NCBI GenBank assembly: GCA_977030845.1
Contig: OZ365115.1
Span: 30,008,001 to 30,072,000 of the forward strand
DNA from: Fimbriosthenelais zetlandica
Taxonomy: Eukaryota
DNA: 64,000 nucleotides
Direction: 5' to 3'
The notes under the pieces are model-generated. The model had not been told where the DNA came from. It searched no databases and saw only the letters and a program-made list of their open reading frames with translations. The number at the start of each line of letters is the position of its first letter. The first letter of the stretch is position 1. Position numbers and translations under genes: made by a program. Below are positions 61,022 to 64,000 of the stretch, one piece after another.

Positions 61022-62675
61022 GGACATGGATGACGGCAGTTATAATGGGGGTACCCCCTTTTACCCGGATAGAGCCCCACATTCCTTAATTCCCCTTTAT
61101 TCAAGAAGCTGGGTCGTAGGAAACCGGGGGCTGAAATGACCATGCCTCCAATACACATCCGCACCCCAAAAATGTGTTGCTATATTGAAATAACTTTTAA
61201 ATGGACAAATATTCTCAATCCCAAATTCCATAAACCTTCCATAATCCTACGCCCCAGAGCAGTTCATTGATACATTGAAATCCTATGAAAAACATTTTTA
61301 AAAGTCCACACTTGGACCAAGTGCGGGTTTCAGCAGCTCCCGTCAGTTGAGCTTCTCATTCATGCATTGAGGAGCTCGCACCTGCTCCCGGGGAGTGGGG
61401 AGAGACTCAGAGATATGCTGAGCTAAGATGTGAAGTATTTCTCACCGTGATATCATTAGAGTTGTCCTTTGATGTCTCAACTTCCAGCTGTGGCTATTAG
61501 TCCTGGCCAAGAGCCAGTTCAATGGTTTTTTTTTCAACATAAATTTATTGACACATCAACGTTTATGTGTGTAAGTAAGCACTAAAAGAAGTCCAGATTA
61601 ATTTCAGACTTAACTAGGAATGACAATTTAAACCCCAAAATACATGGTTACCAGCCATCCAAAAAAAACTGGTCAAAGAAATATCGGGTTGTGGGTTTCT
61701 AAAATTGGGGAAATTTGGTAATTTGACATGTTCATGTTAGTAATTGTACATGTACCTAGGTTTATAGCACTCTTCACCGATGGTCATTTAGTCAGCACTG
61801 TCCTCTTTGAAATATTATTACATTCCCATTAAAATAATAGACTTGTCAAAGATGAATGTATCATTAGGGATTGATAGCAAGTCTATCGTCCTCTTTTGAA
61901 AAATTGCCTTGCGGATGGTATATATACATTGGGAGCCTAGGGCCTTACCTGCATACATTCATATTCATGCTATCGCTACCAGCATAGTGGGCCTGGCCCC
62001 AATGTCCATCTAAACCGTTTCATGAACGATACCAACTTATTCCTTTATAATAACATATGGTATTGATCGAATAGACGATTATCAGTCCAGGTAGCACATG
62101 ATTTAAGATGTGGTAGATAAGCTCTGCTCATGTAGTCTGATTAGTGATAATCTTGTCTGGTAGCGTCCTTGCTCTTTAGACTTTAGATCGAGGTCCCCAC
62201 ATGGGACACACGCTCGTGTCCAAAGATCATTGAAGTCCTAATGGCTGAATAGTGAAACGGACCGTGTTTAATCATGTCAATGCAACAGGACACAGCATAG
62301 AGAGAGAGGACCAGAGGAGAGAATGAGAGAGGAGGTGGTGGTGGTTGTGGAAGTGGCCATTGGTTATGCAGATCATATGTGAAGTCTAGGAGAAGAGGAT
62401 TCTGTATATGAACTCACTGACACTGGACTTGAACCATACTACCACATGATAAACAGTTACCTACTCGCACCACTTATGTAAGCCTCTCCAGGTTAATTTC
62501 TGTACTTCTATAGGAGTTCAATAAGTGATAATAAGGACCTGTGAGGAAGCTAGCTCAGCTGCTCTGGTTTGAGATGTGTAGGTATGGAGGTATGCTAGGA
62601 TGGAGTACTAATAACAATATTGCTGATTCAGCACATAACCTTACTGACCAGTGATTACCATACCTTCCACATTAG

Positions 62676-62699
62676 GATTTAAACACTTTTCAATGGAAG
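62676..62699 (+). CDS. 24-nt symmetric microexon (DLNTFQWK in phase 0, or FKHFSME in phase 1)
   Basis: ataccttccacattag|GAT...AAG|gtaagt. Confidence 0.45.
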
Positions 62700-64000
62700 G
62701 TAAGTCCTGAATTTGAACAATTTTCTCATTTAATCACTGACATATTGGTAGCATGCTTCTAATATGATCGTACCTGCCGTCAGTGTAAAGGTATCTGAGA
62801 TGCCGGAGTCTGAGGAGATAAGAGATTGTTACCAGGTATGTTTGTCGTGTCACCCATATGGTAGATTTCACCTGAGTCTGCAAAGAACCAGCCTCAGGGG
62901 TTTTCCTGGTGCATAAATTTGTATTTTCACTTTGCCGTTGGCTTTTAAAGGACCAAGGGTCATTTAATCAAACACAATTGATATATTTCTTGAAGCTATA
63001 ATAATTGTTGTAATAATTAAATCTGCACACGACTTCATACTTGCAGTTACTCCAATTTTAATTTAATCTGGGCCTTATTGTATTCATATCATTCAAGAGA
63101 ATATATTTAGTTGTCTTTTAACCTGTATAACCTAATCTTTGCCTTATGATAAGCTTATAAATCAAATCAAAAGATTTATCTGACCAGATATAAGAGAGAC
63201 ATTAATTAACATAGAATAGTACGGCTCACCCTGTTAGCTTACAAGAGGTTAGTCCCTAGATCTGAGTGTTGATTTATAGCATTGACACCATAGGGCCACA
63301 ATGCATATTGTACAGTGTTTTTTGTTAAATAATTAACTAATTTACCCATTAGTGCTCCCATTGTATCCCTTGACACATCCTTACTTGAAGGTTAGGAGTA
63401 CAAGGGACGCATGTTTTAGACATCAAATATAAAATGCATTCCTCCCCCTTGAGATATTAATATTATTATCATATATTTATTTTCTTCCACTGTTTGCGTT
63501 ATACAATGTTTCCCAGAATTTACGTCAACTTACTTCAGATGATTTTAACCATCTTTTTTAATTTTAAATTTTGTGTTAGTCTCTGGAGTTAGATGCCAAT
63601 AACTGACAATCAGACTGGAAATAAAAGATTTTAAGAAGTCTATGTAAAAAAGAAATCCGAAAAAGGTGGGAAATTGTACATATTTGCCAAAATTGTCGAG
63701 AGTTCCTCTAAAGTATCCATTGGTGGGGAACTGAAGCCGTGAGTGTTGCTGTGCCATGAATACTCCCCATCACACCTCTACCTCTTTTCTTGGTGTGGGC
63801 TGTGGTCGGATTTGGCGCCATTCCCAATCTTGGTTTTGATTGTTCATGGGATCTGTTGGCTTAGTTAAAGAGTGGCAGGTTTTTAAACCACAGAAAACAT
63901 GGCTTAACTTTCTCACTGTATCTCACACCACAGTATTTCTCCATTCCTTATTGTTCATCTCTATAGTGTATTGAGCTGAGTGAGCAGTAAAATTATCATT

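Noticed and set aside
59400-63760. Possible transposon fragments (59.4-59.85, 61.1-61.8 and 63.55-63.75 kb)
   Set aside because: No terminal repeats, target-site duplications or transposase/RT motifs identifiable by eye.

Overview
AT-rich eukaryotic DNA from a bilaterian invertebrate (inferred from gene content and intron style), with one assembly gap (60180-60316). Genes read from the sequence: (1) the 3' half of liprin-alpha on + (411-32030, 5' part outside the window). It has conserved core exons, three SAM domains and many candidate cassette and micro-exons, one of which duplicates the EQEWExLQQxH motif. (2) A Dispatched-family RND/SSD gene on + (40062-44008, 5 coding exons, about 1087 aa) with two adjacent introns that are copies of each other. 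(3) RECQL/RecQ1 on - (49304-45277, 11 coding exons, 810 aa) with a long acidic tail containing SIM-like motifs. (4) An intronless 80-aa CxxC...CxxC protein on - (49579-49337) resembling a bacterial hypothetical family. (5) A probable divergent + gene of unknown product made of very small exons from 50795 onward. Top finding: the small Zn-ribbon ORF and the RECQL start codon lie in the same predicted exon, 32 nt apart, which suggests a bicistronic Zn-ribbon-RECQL unit. Exon boundaries were derived by hand from splice consensus and reading frame; no database searches or computations were run.
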